Assembly: GCA_050947035.1 (NCBI GenBank)
Contig: JBMNVW010000001.1
Location: forward strand, 48,967 to 112,966
DNA: 64,000 nt
Source: Patescibacteria group bacterium
Lineage (GTDB): Bacteria; Patescibacteriota; Microgenomatia; 0-14-0-10-38-17
Direction of reading: 5' to 3'
The notes under the pieces were generated by a model. That model did not search any database, had not been told where the DNA came from, and saw nothing but the letters and a program-made list of their open reading frames with translations. This document shows positions 21,340-30,696 of the stretch, piece by piece. The translations under genes were made by a program, and so were the position numbers. Numbering within the stretch: position 1 is the first letter of the stretch; every line of letters begins with the position of its first letter.

Positions 21340-21454
21340 AATTCAATAGATTAATGATTATTACAATATAGTATAGCATATTTTTTCTTCTGACTATCTT
21401 GCATAATTAGTTGTCTACTGATAGAATGGCACCAGATAAACAAAATAATAATTT

Positions 21455-21703
21455 ATGCCTATTACCAAATCGGCCAAAGGGGCCCTTAAAAAAGACCAGC
21501 GACGCCAAGCAGAAAACCTAAAAACCAAAAGCGCCTATAAAAAGGCGATTGACTATTTTAAGAAAAATATTTCTGCCAAAGCTTTATCTAAGGCTTATAC
21601 CAAAATTGACCGAGCCGCCAAAAAACACGTAATTCATAAAAACAAAGCCTCCCGTCTTAAGTCCCAGCTGGCCAAACTCCTAAAAGAAAAGGGGGAAAAA
21701 TAA
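21455..21703 (+). CDS. rpsT: 30S ribosomal protein S20
   Basis: MPITKSAK, IDRAAKKHVIHKNKASRLKS. Confidence 0.97.
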   Translation: MPITKSAKGALKKDQRRQAENLKTKSAYKKAIDYFKKNISAKALSKAYTKIDRAAKKHVIHKNKASRLKSQLAKLLKEKGEK

Positions 21704-21831
21704 TCAAGATCGTATTTATCTTTCCTCTTTCTTTCTTAGACTTTTACTTTTCTTCCGACTAACAATAATAGCAAATAATTAAAACCTTATTTAGCTAAAG
21801 ACCAAGGACAAAAGACCAAAGACCAAAGTCT

Positions 21832-21860
21832 TTGACAATCCCTCAAAAAATGCCTATACT
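21832..21860 (+). promoter_or_regulatory. sigma70 promoter of the pilN-like operon
   Basis: TTGACA-17 nt-TATACT. Confidence 0.7.
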
Positions 21861-21884
21861 GGTTTTTAAGATTGTTTATCTTTC

Positions 21885-22418
21885 GTGCCTAAAAAAAAGC
21901 CAGAAATTTCACTATTACCAAAAGAGGGGGGACGATTTGACCAAGTCTCCGATTGGGTTATCGAAACTGGCCGCTGGATTGTAGTTTTAACGCTTTTTTT
22001 TGTTCTCTTGGCCTTTTTATCTCGTTTTTGGTTAGATCAAAAAATTGCCGACCTTTACGCCCAAACGGCTCAAAGAGTGGCTATTGTTGAGGCCACTCAA
22101 GATTTTGAAGAAGAATTTCGTTTTTTACAAAACCGGCTTGAAAAAATAAAAGCTCTTGATGGGCAAAAACCCGACCAAGCAGAAAAAATTGAAAAAATTG
22201 TTGCTATTCTACCCGAAAAAATTAACCTAACCTCTCTCGAAATCAGCCAAGATCAAGTTAGTTTTTCTGTTGTTTCTCGAAACGAGACCGACTTAAATAC
22301 TTTTTTCCAAAACTTAATCCTTTGCCCTTATCTAGATCAAATCAATATTGCTAGCATTTCTAGCAAAACCTTTGGCCTAGAAACAGAACTATCTATTAAG
22401 GCCAAATTTAATGATTAA
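21885..22418 (+). CDS. PilN-like type IV pilus alignment protein
   Basis: ISLLP (PilN INLLP motif), one TM, coiled coil, ferredoxin-like C-terminus. Confidence 0.72.
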   Translation: MPKKKPEISLLPKEGGRFDQVSDWVIETGRWIVVLTLFFVLLAFLSRFWLDQKIADLYAQTAQRVAIVEATQDFEEEFRFLQNRLEKIKALDGQKPDQAEKIEKIVAILPEKINLTSLEISQDQVSFSVVSRNETDLNTFFQNLILCPYLDQINIASISSKTFGLETELSIKAKFND

Positions 22419-22420
22419 AA

Positions 22421-23068
22421 ATGATTAACCTGCCAAAACCATCTTTTCGCCATTATCTGTCTCAAGTTCCCGCTCCGGTTCGGGAAAAAAGTCAAAAATG
22501 GGCCCCCACTGTCGCCGCTCTTTTCTTAACCACTTTTTTTATTATTTTTGCCATTCGGCCAACCGTTATTACTATTTCTGAGCTTTTGGCCGAAATTAAA
22601 GCCCGAGAAGAATTAAACCAAAAGTTAGGGGTAAAAATTGATCAAATCTTTGCCGCCCAAGCCCTTTACAATCAGGTTTATGATCGTCTTTATCTTCTCG
22701 ATCAGACTTTACCCACCAATCCCGACTTTGCCCACTTTTCTCAAACTCTGGAAGGCAATCGCTTAGAGACTAATTTGGCTCTAAAAACCCTTAACTATTC
22801 TTCAATTGTTTTAACAGAAAAAAAAGATCAGGGGTTAACAAAAGAAAGTCAAAGTTTTATTTTCTCTTCTGGTCTAGCCGGCAATTATCCCAATTTAAAA
22901 ACCCTTCTTGATAATATTTTTCATCAAAGAAGAATTGTCTATATCGACAACCTTAAAATTAGCCAAACCAAAAACAATCAAGATGAGGAAGAATCAACTA
23001 ATTTACCATTGACAATTAGCCTTAACGGCAAAGCTTTTTATCTGGGTTATGAACAAAACAAAGAATAA
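22421..23068 (+). CDS. PilO-like type IV pilus alignment protein
   Basis: TM, coiled coil, LP, GNYPNLKTLL...RRIVYID; follows the pilN-like gene. Confidence 0.7.
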   Translation: MINLPKPSFRHYLSQVPAPVREKSQKWAPTVAALFLTTFFIIFAIRPTVITISELLAEIKAREELNQKLGVKIDQIFAAQALYNQVYDRLYLLDQTLPTNPDFAHFSQTLEGNRLETNLALKTLNYSSIVLTEKKDQGLTKESQSFIFSSGLAGNYPNLKTLLDNIFHQRRIVYIDNLKISQTKNNQDEEESTNLPLTISLNGKAFYLGYEQNKE

Positions 23069-23393
23069 AATAAAAAAAGACAACGACTGGTTGATTATTG
23101 CTATTTTTGTCTTGATTTGCGCTCTTGCTTGGGTAGGCACCAACACTTATCACAGTTATGTTGATAAAAAAGAAGTTGTGGCTCAAAAAGATTTGCTTGT
23201 TCCTCTAGAACCGAAAATAGACCAAGCCCTGTTTGATATTTTGGAAACAAAAAATTATTTAGAGGAAGGAAGACTAATCGAAATTCTTTCTGATTCTGAT
23301 ATCAGCCTAATAACCCCAACCCCAAGCCCAGTTGAATTGCCAACCGAAGAGGATTTGGCCCCTATTCCACCAGAAGAAATAGAAATTCCGTAA
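23049..23393 (+). CDS. small membrane-anchored protein at the PilP position
   Basis: One TM, Pro-rich tail, overlaps the upstream stop. Confidence 0.55.
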   Translation: MNKTKNKIKKDNDWLIIAIFVLICALAWVGTNTYHSYVDKKEVVAQKDLLVPLEPKIDQALFDILETKNYLEEGRLIEILSDSDISLITPTPSPVELPTEEDLAPIPPEEIEIP

Positions 23394-23397
23394 AATT

Positions 23398-24807
23398 ATG
23401 GGGAGAAAAAAAAGAACAAGGACAATCCCCAGTATCGTCGGTCTATTAATCTTATCCAGTCTTGTTTTGGGTGGTGTTTATCTGACGCAAAGGTTAAAAA
23501 CAGGCCGACAGGTTTCCGCCTCCGCTCAACCGGTGTCAGTAAGGGTAGCCAATATCAAGGCTCAATCGGCCACCATATATTGGTTAACTGAAGAGCCGGC
23601 CCAGGGCAGCGTTAAAATTAATAATCAAGTTTATCTTGACGACCGAGACAAAAATCTTAACCAACCCCAAAACTATCTAACCCACTACGTCACCCTTGAC
23701 AATTTAAAGCCAGAAAAAAATTATCAATTTACTATTATTAGCCAAGGCCAAGATCATCAAGAAAATAATTTCCAATTTACTACCGCCCGCTCTTTGGCTG
23801 GTCCGACTAAAGAGGCTGATTTGGCCTTTGGCCTAGTCTTGGACCAAACAGGCCAACCCTCGTCTGGAGCCCTGGTTACTTTATCTTTAACCGGGGCGGC
23901 TAGTCTTGCCAGCCTAACCGATCAGGCCGGCTTTTGGTCTATTCCCTTAAGTACGGCTTATCAAAAAAATTTAACTAATCCAATTGATTACGACCAGGAA
24001 AAACAAATCTTGGAAATTTTTGTTGAGGCTAAAATTGGCACAGCGGCTACCGTTATCACCAATACCGGTAACGATCACCCTGTTCCCCCCATTACTATTG
24101 GCCAAACTTATGATTATTCCCAAAATCCCCCCTCTCCTAAACAACACCCCCAAGATTTCGACTGGTCAAGTCCGGAAATAAAAGAAGAAATAAATAATCA
24201 TTTTTCTCAAGAGGAACCGGCCAAAACCGAGACAACAACTCAAGAAGCAGAGAAGCTTCTTCTTGATATTGACAACCCTCAAGAAGGAGAAACTGTTCTT
24301 ACTACTCGACCAAAATTTTCCGGTCAAGGACCGGCCAATCAAAAAATTAAAATTACCCTAGAATCGGAAAAAAAGTTTGAAGAAGAGGTGGCTGTTTCTT
24401 CTTTTGGCTCCTGGCAATGGACCCCGCCGGAGGGCCTTGCCCCCGGCCAACATACCATTACTGTTGAATATTACGATGATAATAATCTTCTTCAAACTAT
24501 CTCTCGAACTTTTGTTGTCCAAGCCGCCAGCGCTTCTCCTTCGCCAACCCCAATTACCCCCCTGCCAACCAGACCAGCCAATACCCCAACCCCAACTCCA
24601 AAACCACAAAATACAATTACCCCTTTATCATCACCAACAACAACTTTAACCAGCCAGCCTTCTCCCACTACAGTCTCTCCCATCCAAGAAGATCCCGGCC
24701 CGGAAAAAATTGTTTCCGGCAGCTTGACTCCCTTGGTCATTCTTGCTATCTTGGGTTTAGGCCTTATCTGTTTTGCGGTTAATATTTATCAAAATAAATG
24801 GCAATGA
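23398..24807 (+). CDS. surface protein: FN3-like domain, Ig-like domain, Pro/Thr linker, C-terminal TM
   Basis: SATIYWLT...HYVTLDNLKPEKNYQF (FN3), RPKFSG...WQWTPP..L.PGQHTITV (Ig-like), VSG plus hydrophobic tail. Confidence 0.75.
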   Translation: MGRKKRTRTIPSIVGLLILSSLVLGGVYLTQRLKTGRQVSASAQPVSVRVANIKAQSATIYWLTEEPAQGSVKINNQVYLDDRDKNLNQPQNYLTHYVTLDNLKPEKNYQFTIISQGQDHQENNFQFTTARSLAGPTKEADLAFGLVLDQTGQPSSGALVTLSLTGAASLASLTDQAGFWSIPLSTAYQKNLTNPIDYDQEKQILEIFVEAKIGTAATVITNTGNDHPVPPITIGQTYDYSQNPPSPKQHPQDFDWSSPEIKEEINNHFSQEEPAKTETTTQEAEKLLLDIDNPQEGETVLTTRPKFSGQGPANQKIKITLESEKKFEEEVAVSSFGSWQWTPPEGLAPGQHTITVEYYDDNNLLQTISRTFVVQAASASPSPTPITPLPTRPANTPTPTPKPQNTITPLSSPTTTLTSQPSPTTVSPIQEDPGPEKIVSGSLTPLVILAILGLGLICFAVNIYQNKWQ

Positions 24808-26171
24808 TACCACCTAAGCCCCAAAAACCACCCCTACCACCGAAACCCGACCAAAAACCCTTAAAGGTTAACACTAAAACCGCTAACATTAATCAACCAA
24901 AAGAAGGAAAAACTTCCTCCTCCCAAAACCAAAAAAGAAAAAATATTTTTATAATTGTGGCCCTTATTCTTTTGGCGGCGGCGGCCATAGCCGGAGCCTT
25001 CTTCCTGCTTCAAGAAAGGCAAGATATTAGAAAAGCGGCCGCCCCATCAGATCTACCCTCATGTGATAATTACACGACAACCCGTTGCTATGGTGAATGT
25101 GAGGGATGTATAGAATATGAAATTTGCGAAATTGACGGAGGAGGTTGGTGCCGAAATCGTCTAATTAATCCTGATTCTCCCCGGTGCGGCCCCGATTGTG
25201 GTGAGGATAGCGGTGGTGGTGATGATGGTGGAAGTGGCGACGAAGAAGCCCAAACTTGCTCACCAGAAAATCCGGGAGCAGAAAACAGCTGGTGTGTTAG
25301 CCAACACAGTCAGGAAACCAAAGAAAATGCTACTTGGTCTTGCGAACCGAATAGCCCGGATTCCGGCGATGACGGCTGCTTGCAAATTTGCCAATCCGGC
25401 TACGTTTGGGAAAGCGATTTTAGCAAATGTATAAAAACCGCCGGAGAATCGGGCCAGCTAATTTGTCAAAGAATTAACAACCACGAAATCAAAATTACCA
25501 ACAATACGGGCACGACTATTCCTTATGAGAAAATTGTCTTCCGCGGCTGCCCCTATGATAGTGCTGATTGCCAAGGCAGTCAATATCGAACCGAATATGT
25601 CCAGCCCTCAATTAATACCGGCCAGACTAAAACCGAATCCACCGCCCCAGCCTATTGCGAAACAATCCAGCTTGATATTAAGAGTCTTTCTTCCCAATAC
25701 TCCTGCCTTACTTCTGAGGGCCAACCTTGGGACGGAGGAGTCGCTTTTGCCATTGATCATCATTGGGACGAAACCTGCGAAGAAGATGAACCCCCAACAC
25801 CAACAGAACCAGAACCCACTATTACTCAACCCGAATATAGTTGCAACTGTCATACGATAAAAATTTACGATCAAGATAAAAACCTAATCAACGCTGACAA
25901 TCTAGAAAATTTAAGGGCCGGCGATCTAATTTATATTGGCGTTGTTGCCAACAACGGCTATCCCAATTACCCGGTTACCAAGGCCCAGATCCGGGTTAAT
26001 CGCAATTACTGGCTCGAACAAGACGAAACAACGGAAAAAATTGATCACGACCATCCGGCCCATCTAGTGGAATTTATTAAGCCCTACACAATCCCTGACG
26101 GTATTTTAAACTTTAAGGTTGAAGCAGAAGTTTATCTTGATGCCCCGGGCGATCTTGGGGGCTGGTTATAA
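24798..26171 (+). CDS. membrane-anchored Cys-rich surface protein
   Basis: Pro/Lys-rich N-terminus, TM, QERQDIRKAAA, more than 20 Cys. Confidence 0.75.
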   Translation: MAMIPPKPQKPPLPPKPDQKPLKVNTKTANINQPKEGKTSSSQNQKRKNIFIIVALILLAAAAIAGAFFLLQERQDIRKAAAPSDLPSCDNYTTTRCYGECEGCIEYEICEIDGGGWCRNRLINPDSPRCGPDCGEDSGGGDDGGSGDEEAQTCSPENPGAENSWCVSQHSQETKENATWSCEPNSPDSGDDGCLQICQSGYVWESDFSKCIKTAGESGQLICQRINNHEIKITNNTGTTIPYEKIVFRGCPYDSADCQGSQYRTEYVQPSINTGQTKTESTAPAYCETIQLDIKSLSSQYSCLTSEGQPWDGGVAFAIDHHWDETCEEDEPPTPTEPEPTITQPEYSCNCHTIKIYDQDKNLINADNLENLRAGDLIYIGVVANNGYPNYPVTKAQIRVNRNYWLEQDETTEKIDHDHPAHLVEFIKPYTIPDGILNFKVEAEVYLDAPGDLGGWL

Positions 26172-26177
26172 GTTATT

Positions 26178-26909
26178 ATGACAATTAAAAAATTCTTTAA
26201 AACTATTGCTATTGTTCTTTCGGTCCTTTCCCTTTTAGGACTAACGGTTTTTTTGGCTTATAAAATCCATCAAACCCGGCAGGAAAGCCTGGCCCCCACC
26301 GAGCCGGAAGCGGTGAGTCAGGACTGTACCCTAGAATTTAGCATTAAGCCGGCCCCGGTAGAACCGGAATGTTATCAAACCTGTGACCTTGATAATGACC
26401 TTTGTCCTGATGGTCTAGCCTGCCAAGAAGTCGATGGAAGCCCGGTTTGTGTTAATCCCGATTGTCCGGAAGAGGAAGATTGCCTTTGTCCGGAACCTAT
26501 TCCTGAATGCTATCAAACCTGTGACCTTGATAATGATCTCTGCGCTGGCGATTTAGTTTGCCAAGAAGTCGATGGAAGCCCGGTTTGTGTTAATCCCGAT
26601 TGTCCGGAAGAGGAAGATTGCACCTGCCCGGGGGAACCAACCGCCACTCCCACCCCCACCGCTACTCCGACTCCAACCGCTACCGCTACTCCTTCCCCAA
26701 CAGTAACTCCTACTCCCACTTCTCAACCAGAAGCCACTACTACCCCTGGCCAAGATGAGCCCACCCAAAAACCAGCCACCGTTGCTCAGACTACTCCTAC
26801 CAGTCCACCCCCAACAACCCTACCGGAAGCTGGCAGTATCTTGCCTACTTTGGGAGTAATTTTGGGCGGGTTAACCCTGGCTGCTCTAGGCTTCTTTTTC
26901 GTCTTTTAA
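26178..26909 (+). CDS. Cys-rich repeat surface protein with PT linker and LPEAG sortase-like tail
   Basis: Two 46-aa Cys-rich repeats, (TPTPTA)n, LPEAG followed by a hydrophobic segment. Confidence 0.78.
   Translation: MTIKKFFKTIAIVLSVLSLLGLTVFLAYKIHQTRQESLAPTEPEAVSQDCTLEFSIKPAPVEPECYQTCDLDNDLCPDGLACQEVDGSPVCVNPDCPEEEDCLCPEPIPECYQTCDLDNDLCAGDLVCQEVDGSPVCVNPDCPEEEDCTCPGEPTATPTPTATPTPTATATPSPTVTPTPTSQPEATTTPGQDEPTQKPATVAQTTPTSPPPTTLPEAGSILPTLGVILGGLTLAALGFFFVF
26367..26621 (+). repeat. intragenic tandem duplication, 138-bp period
   Basis: 26367-26483 matches 26505-26621; the last 63 nt are identical. Confidence 0.92.
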
Positions 26910-26921
26910 CCACTTTTAACA

Positions 26922-28145
26922 ATGACCAAGAAAAAAATCGCTATTGTCGGCGGCGGTATTACCGGTTTATATCTTGGCTACCGATTAGGCGCCAAAAACA
27001 AAGTAACTATCTTTGAGAAAAAAAAAGCCCTCGGCGGACTGTTATCGAGTTTTTCTCTAGGCAATAACGGTTGGGCCGTTGATAATTTCTACCACCACTT
27101 TTTTCCCTCCGATAAAAATTTAATCAGCCTCCTAAAAGAACTTTCCTTACCATACTCTTTTAGTAAACCAACCAGCGCCATTTGGCATAACGGAAAAATT
27201 AGCCGCTTTTCTTCCCCCGCTGATTTAATTGCTTTTCCCAACCTTGGTCTTATTAATAAACTGCGCTTTGGGGCAACCATCGCCTTGGCAAAATTAATTC
27301 CTAATTATCACCTAATCCCCGATCAAAAAACAAAAAAGATTTTTTTACCCCTTGGCGGTAAAAAAGCCTATCAGGTGGTTTGGGAACCGTTAATGAGGGG
27401 CAAGTTTGGTCCCAAAAGCGAGCAAATATCGGCCATTTGGCTTTGGGCCAGAATCAAAAAAAGATCAGCCCGTCTTGGCTATCCTAAGGGAGGATTTATT
27501 ACCCTAAACCAAAAATTAGCCCAAGAAATAATTAATCAGGGCGGGCAAATTAAAACAAAAAATAAAATAAGCCAAATAAAGCAGCTGGAAAATTTTGACC
27601 AGATTATTTTCACCACTCCCAAAGCCGTCTTCAACCAAATTACCAAGCAAAAAAGGACCGATAACATTGACTATTTAGCCAGCCTTAACTTGGTTCTATC
27701 TGGAAAAGAACCTATTCTTAATAACAATCTTTACTGGCTTAGCATTGCCGATGCCTCCTTTCCTTTTGTGGCCGTTGTCAACCAGGCCGGATTAGTTGAT
27801 AAAAAAAATTACCATAATCTTTACCCGACCTATATCGGTGGCTACTACCAGCAAGACGATCCCTTATTGGCCGCTTCACCTCAGGAAATTTTGGCCCGAT
27901 TTGCTCCTTTTATTAAAAAAATTAACCCCCGCTTTGAAGAAAAAAATTTTCAAGCAAAAATAACTAAATACCGCTGGGCCCAACCGATCGTCGAGCCGGG
28001 CTACCAAAAAAAACGCCCCGCCTTTAAAACTAAATGGCCCAATACCTATCTGGTTAATATGGCCCAAATTTACCCTTGGGACAGGGGGGTTAATTATGCC
28101 ATTTTTCTAGCCGATCAATTCTTGAAAACAGTTGCTTTTGGATAG
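26922..28145 (+). CDS. FAD-dependent oxidoreductase (protoporphyrinogen oxidase/amine oxidase-like fold)
   Basis: IAIVGGGITG, EKKKALGGL, FYHHFF, YPWDRG. Confidence 0.82.
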   Translation: MTKKKIAIVGGGITGLYLGYRLGAKNKVTIFEKKKALGGLLSSFSLGNNGWAVDNFYHHFFPSDKNLISLLKELSLPYSFSKPTSAIWHNGKISRFSSPADLIAFPNLGLINKLRFGATIALAKLIPNYHLIPDQKTKKIFLPLGGKKAYQVVWEPLMRGKFGPKSEQISAIWLWARIKKRSARLGYPKGGFITLNQKLAQEIINQGGQIKTKNKISQIKQLENFDQIIFTTPKAVFNQITKQKRTDNIDYLASLNLVLSGKEPILNNNLYWLSIADASFPFVAVVNQAGLVDKKNYHNLYPTYIGGYYQQDDPLLAASPQEILARFAPFIKKINPRFEEKNFQAKITKYRWAQPIVEPGYQKKRPAFKTKWPNTYLVNMAQIYPWDRGVNYAIFLADQFLKTVAFG

Positions 28146-28169
28146 TTAATTAGTTTAGAATAAGGCTAA

Positions 28170-29081
28170 ATGAACAACCTTAAGGCCGTAATCACCTCCC
28201 TAAGGCCCTATCAGTGGATTAAAAATTTAGCTATTTATTCGGCGATTCTTTTTACTGGTCATCTTTTTGACGAAAACTATTTTCTAATCACCACCGCCGG
28301 TTTCGTAATTTTTTCTCTTCTTTCTTCAGCCTCATACTTGCTAAATGATATCGCTGATATTGCCCATGATCGGCTTCATCCAGTGAAAAAAAAGCGGCCC
28401 ATTGCCTCCGGTAAATTGCCAATAAACACCGCTTTTCAAATTTCAATTTCTCTTTTTATTTTTGGTTTAGCGGGAGCCTTTTTAATCAATAAAAATTTCT
28501 TTTTTATTTCTTTAGTTTTTTCTCTTCTTCATCTTGTCTACTCCTTTTTTCTAAAAAAACACCCCCCCCTAGATATCTTGGCTATTGCCACTTCCTTTGT
28601 TTTGCGCACCTTGGCCGGGGAAACACTAACCGGATTCCATATCCCTATCTGGTTAATCTTTTCAGTAATTTTCTTGTCTTTATTCATTGCCAGTGGTAAA
28701 AGAAGGTCGGAATTATTAAAAGAGGGCCAAGAAACCAGACCAGCTCTAAAACAATATCGCCAGGAATTGCTAAATTCTTATTTATCTATTTTTGGCACCG
28801 CCACTCTAATTTCTTATGCCCTTTTTACCTTTACCGCCTCACCACCAGACTTTAGTGGTAAGCTTTTAAGTTTTTTATTGGCCAATTATCCTAAAACTGT
28901 TGACCGAAAATGGCTAATGCTCTCTGTCCCCTTTGTCATCATCGGCCTAATGCGCTACGCTCAACTGGTCTTCTTGGTTCAAGAAGGGGAAGCACCGGAA
29001 AAAACCATCAAAGATCCTTACCTATTTCTTTCTATTTTGAGTTGGGGAGCCACTATTTTTGCCATCATTTATGTCTTCTAG
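28170..29081 (+). CDS. UbiA-family polyprenyl-phosphate phosphoribosyltransferase (Rv3806c-like)
   Basis: RPYQWIKN, YLLNDIADIAHDRLHPVKKKRPIASG, LFIASGKRRSE. Confidence 0.85.
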   Translation: MNNLKAVITSLRPYQWIKNLAIYSAILFTGHLFDENYFLITTAGFVIFSLLSSASYLLNDIADIAHDRLHPVKKKRPIASGKLPINTAFQISISLFIFGLAGAFLINKNFFFISLVFSLLHLVYSFFLKKHPPLDILAIATSFVLRTLAGETLTGFHIPIWLIFSVIFLSLFIASGKRRSELLKEGQETRPALKQYRQELLNSYLSIFGTATLISYALFTFTASPPDFSGKLLSFLLANYPKTVDRKWLMLSVPFVIIGLMRYAQLVFLVQEGEAPEKTIKDPYLFLSILSWGATIFAIIYVF

Positions 29082-30675
29082 GAAAAAAGTCTTTTTCCTA
29101 ATTATTATTTTAGCTTTGGCGCTTTTCTTTCGCTTTGCTGGTCTTGATTGGGGAGGAGGCCACTATTTTCATCCTGACGAAAATAATATGGCCCAAGCCG
29201 TTCTTTCCCTAGAAAAAAATGGTCAACCCGATTTTTATGCTTATGGTCAGTTACCGCTTTTTTTGACCCTTTTTTCGGCTCGAACCTATAAACTGTTTTC
29301 TTTTATTCACCAGCAAAACCAGCTGGACTTTTCGGAGGCCATATTTTTCCTCCGCTTTTGGTCAGCAATAGCCGGAGTAACCACTGTTTTTTTGGTTTAC
29401 CTATTGGGAAAAAAACTAATTAACACCCAATCAGGGATAATGGCCGCTTTGGTTACCGCCTTTTTGCCCGGTTTAATTCAAGCCAGCCACTTCGGTACCA
29501 CCGAGTCTTATTTGGCCCTTTTCTATTTGGCAACTGCTTATTTTTCTTTAAATATTTACCAAGAAAAAAATCGCAAAAACTTCTTGTTCACCGGTTTATT
29601 TTTAGGGCTAGGACTAGCTACTAAAATATCAGCCGCTGCCTTTTTCCTCTTGCCGCTTACTGCCAGCGCTCTGGCCGGTAAAAACAAAAAAAGGCCGATA
29701 GGGGATTTAGCTAAAAATCTTTTTGCTGGCGGTCTTCTTGCCGTTATCACTTGGCTGATCTTTTCTCCTTTTTTAATCATTAACTTTTCCCAAACTCTAA
29801 CCACCCTAAAGTATGAAATTGCTGTTGCCAAAGGGGAAGTTATTCCTTTTTATACTCGACAATTCCTAAACACTATCCCTTTTTGGTTTCAGGCCAAAAG
29901 GGTCTTGCCCTTTTTGCTGGGCTGGCCGGTTTTTATTATTTACTTATTGGGAATAGTTAGATTAGTGAAAGAAAAAAAGAAGGCTCCTCTCTGGTTGATT
30001 ATTCTTTTACCAAGTTTGATTTTCTTTCTTTATCAGGGACAGTTATTTGTTAAGTGGACTCGTTTTATGGTACCGATCGTCCCTGTTTTTCCACTGCTGT
30101 TTGCTAAAGCAATTAATAAAATATCTAAGCCACTACAATATATTGTACTAATAGTTTCTTGCTTGCCGGGACTTTTTTTCTTCGACTTAGTTTATAATCA
30201 ACCCAATATTCGCTGGCAATTTTCCTCTTGGGCTAAAGAAAATCTACCTAAAAATTCACTTATCTTATCCGAATCAGGCAACGTTATTAATCTTCCCATT
30301 AATACTAACCATCAAGTCATTAACTTTGATTTTTATCAACTAGAAGAGGGGCAAAATTTAAAACTCCTTTGTCAACATCTTGAAGGGGCTGATTATATTC
30401 TTGTTCCCAGCCGAAGAGTTTTTGCCAACCACCAAGAGAACCAATTTCCCAATATTGCCGACTACTACCAAAAGCTTTTTTCCAACCAATTAGGTTTCTC
30501 TTTAGTAAAAACCTTTTCTCCTACTAGTCGTTATCCTTTAGCTAATCTTTATTATCAAAAAAGCGAAATCAGGGCTGAGGAGACCTGGACTGTCTTTGAT
30601 CATCCCACCATTAGGCTGTATCAAAAAAATAAACCCCTATCAACAGAGGAATATTGTCACATTTTAACCTATTAA
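29071..30675 (+). CDS. GT-C (PMT_2-like) membrane glycosyltransferase
   Basis: GLDWG..FHPDE, YGQLP, KWTRF, AEETWTVFDHP; ATG 29071 overlaps the upstream stop. Confidence 0.8.
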   Translation: MSSRKKVFFLIIILALALFFRFAGLDWGGGHYFHPDENNMAQAVLSLEKNGQPDFYAYGQLPLFLTLFSARTYKLFSFIHQQNQLDFSEAIFFLRFWSAIAGVTTVFLVYLLGKKLINTQSGIMAALVTAFLPGLIQASHFGTTESYLALFYLATAYFSLNIYQEKNRKNFLFTGLFLGLGLATKISAAAFFLLPLTASALAGKNKKRPIGDLAKNLFAGGLLAVITWLIFSPFLIINFSQTLTTLKYEIAVAKGEVIPFYTRQFLNTIPFWFQAKRVLPFLLGWPVFIIYLLGIVRLVKEKKKAPLWLIILLPSLIFFLYQGQLFVKWTRFMVPIVPVFPLLFAKAINKISKPLQYIVLIVSCLPGLFFFDLVYNQPNIRWQFSSWAKENLPKNSLILSESGNVINLPINTNHQVINFDFYQLEEGQNLKLLCQHLEGADYILVPSRRVFANHQENQFPNIADYYQKLFSNQLGFSLVKTFSPTSRYPLANLYYQKSEIRAEETWTVFDHPTIRLYQKNKPLSTEEYCHILTY

Positions 30676-30696
30676 ATAAAATTAATAATCAACTAA

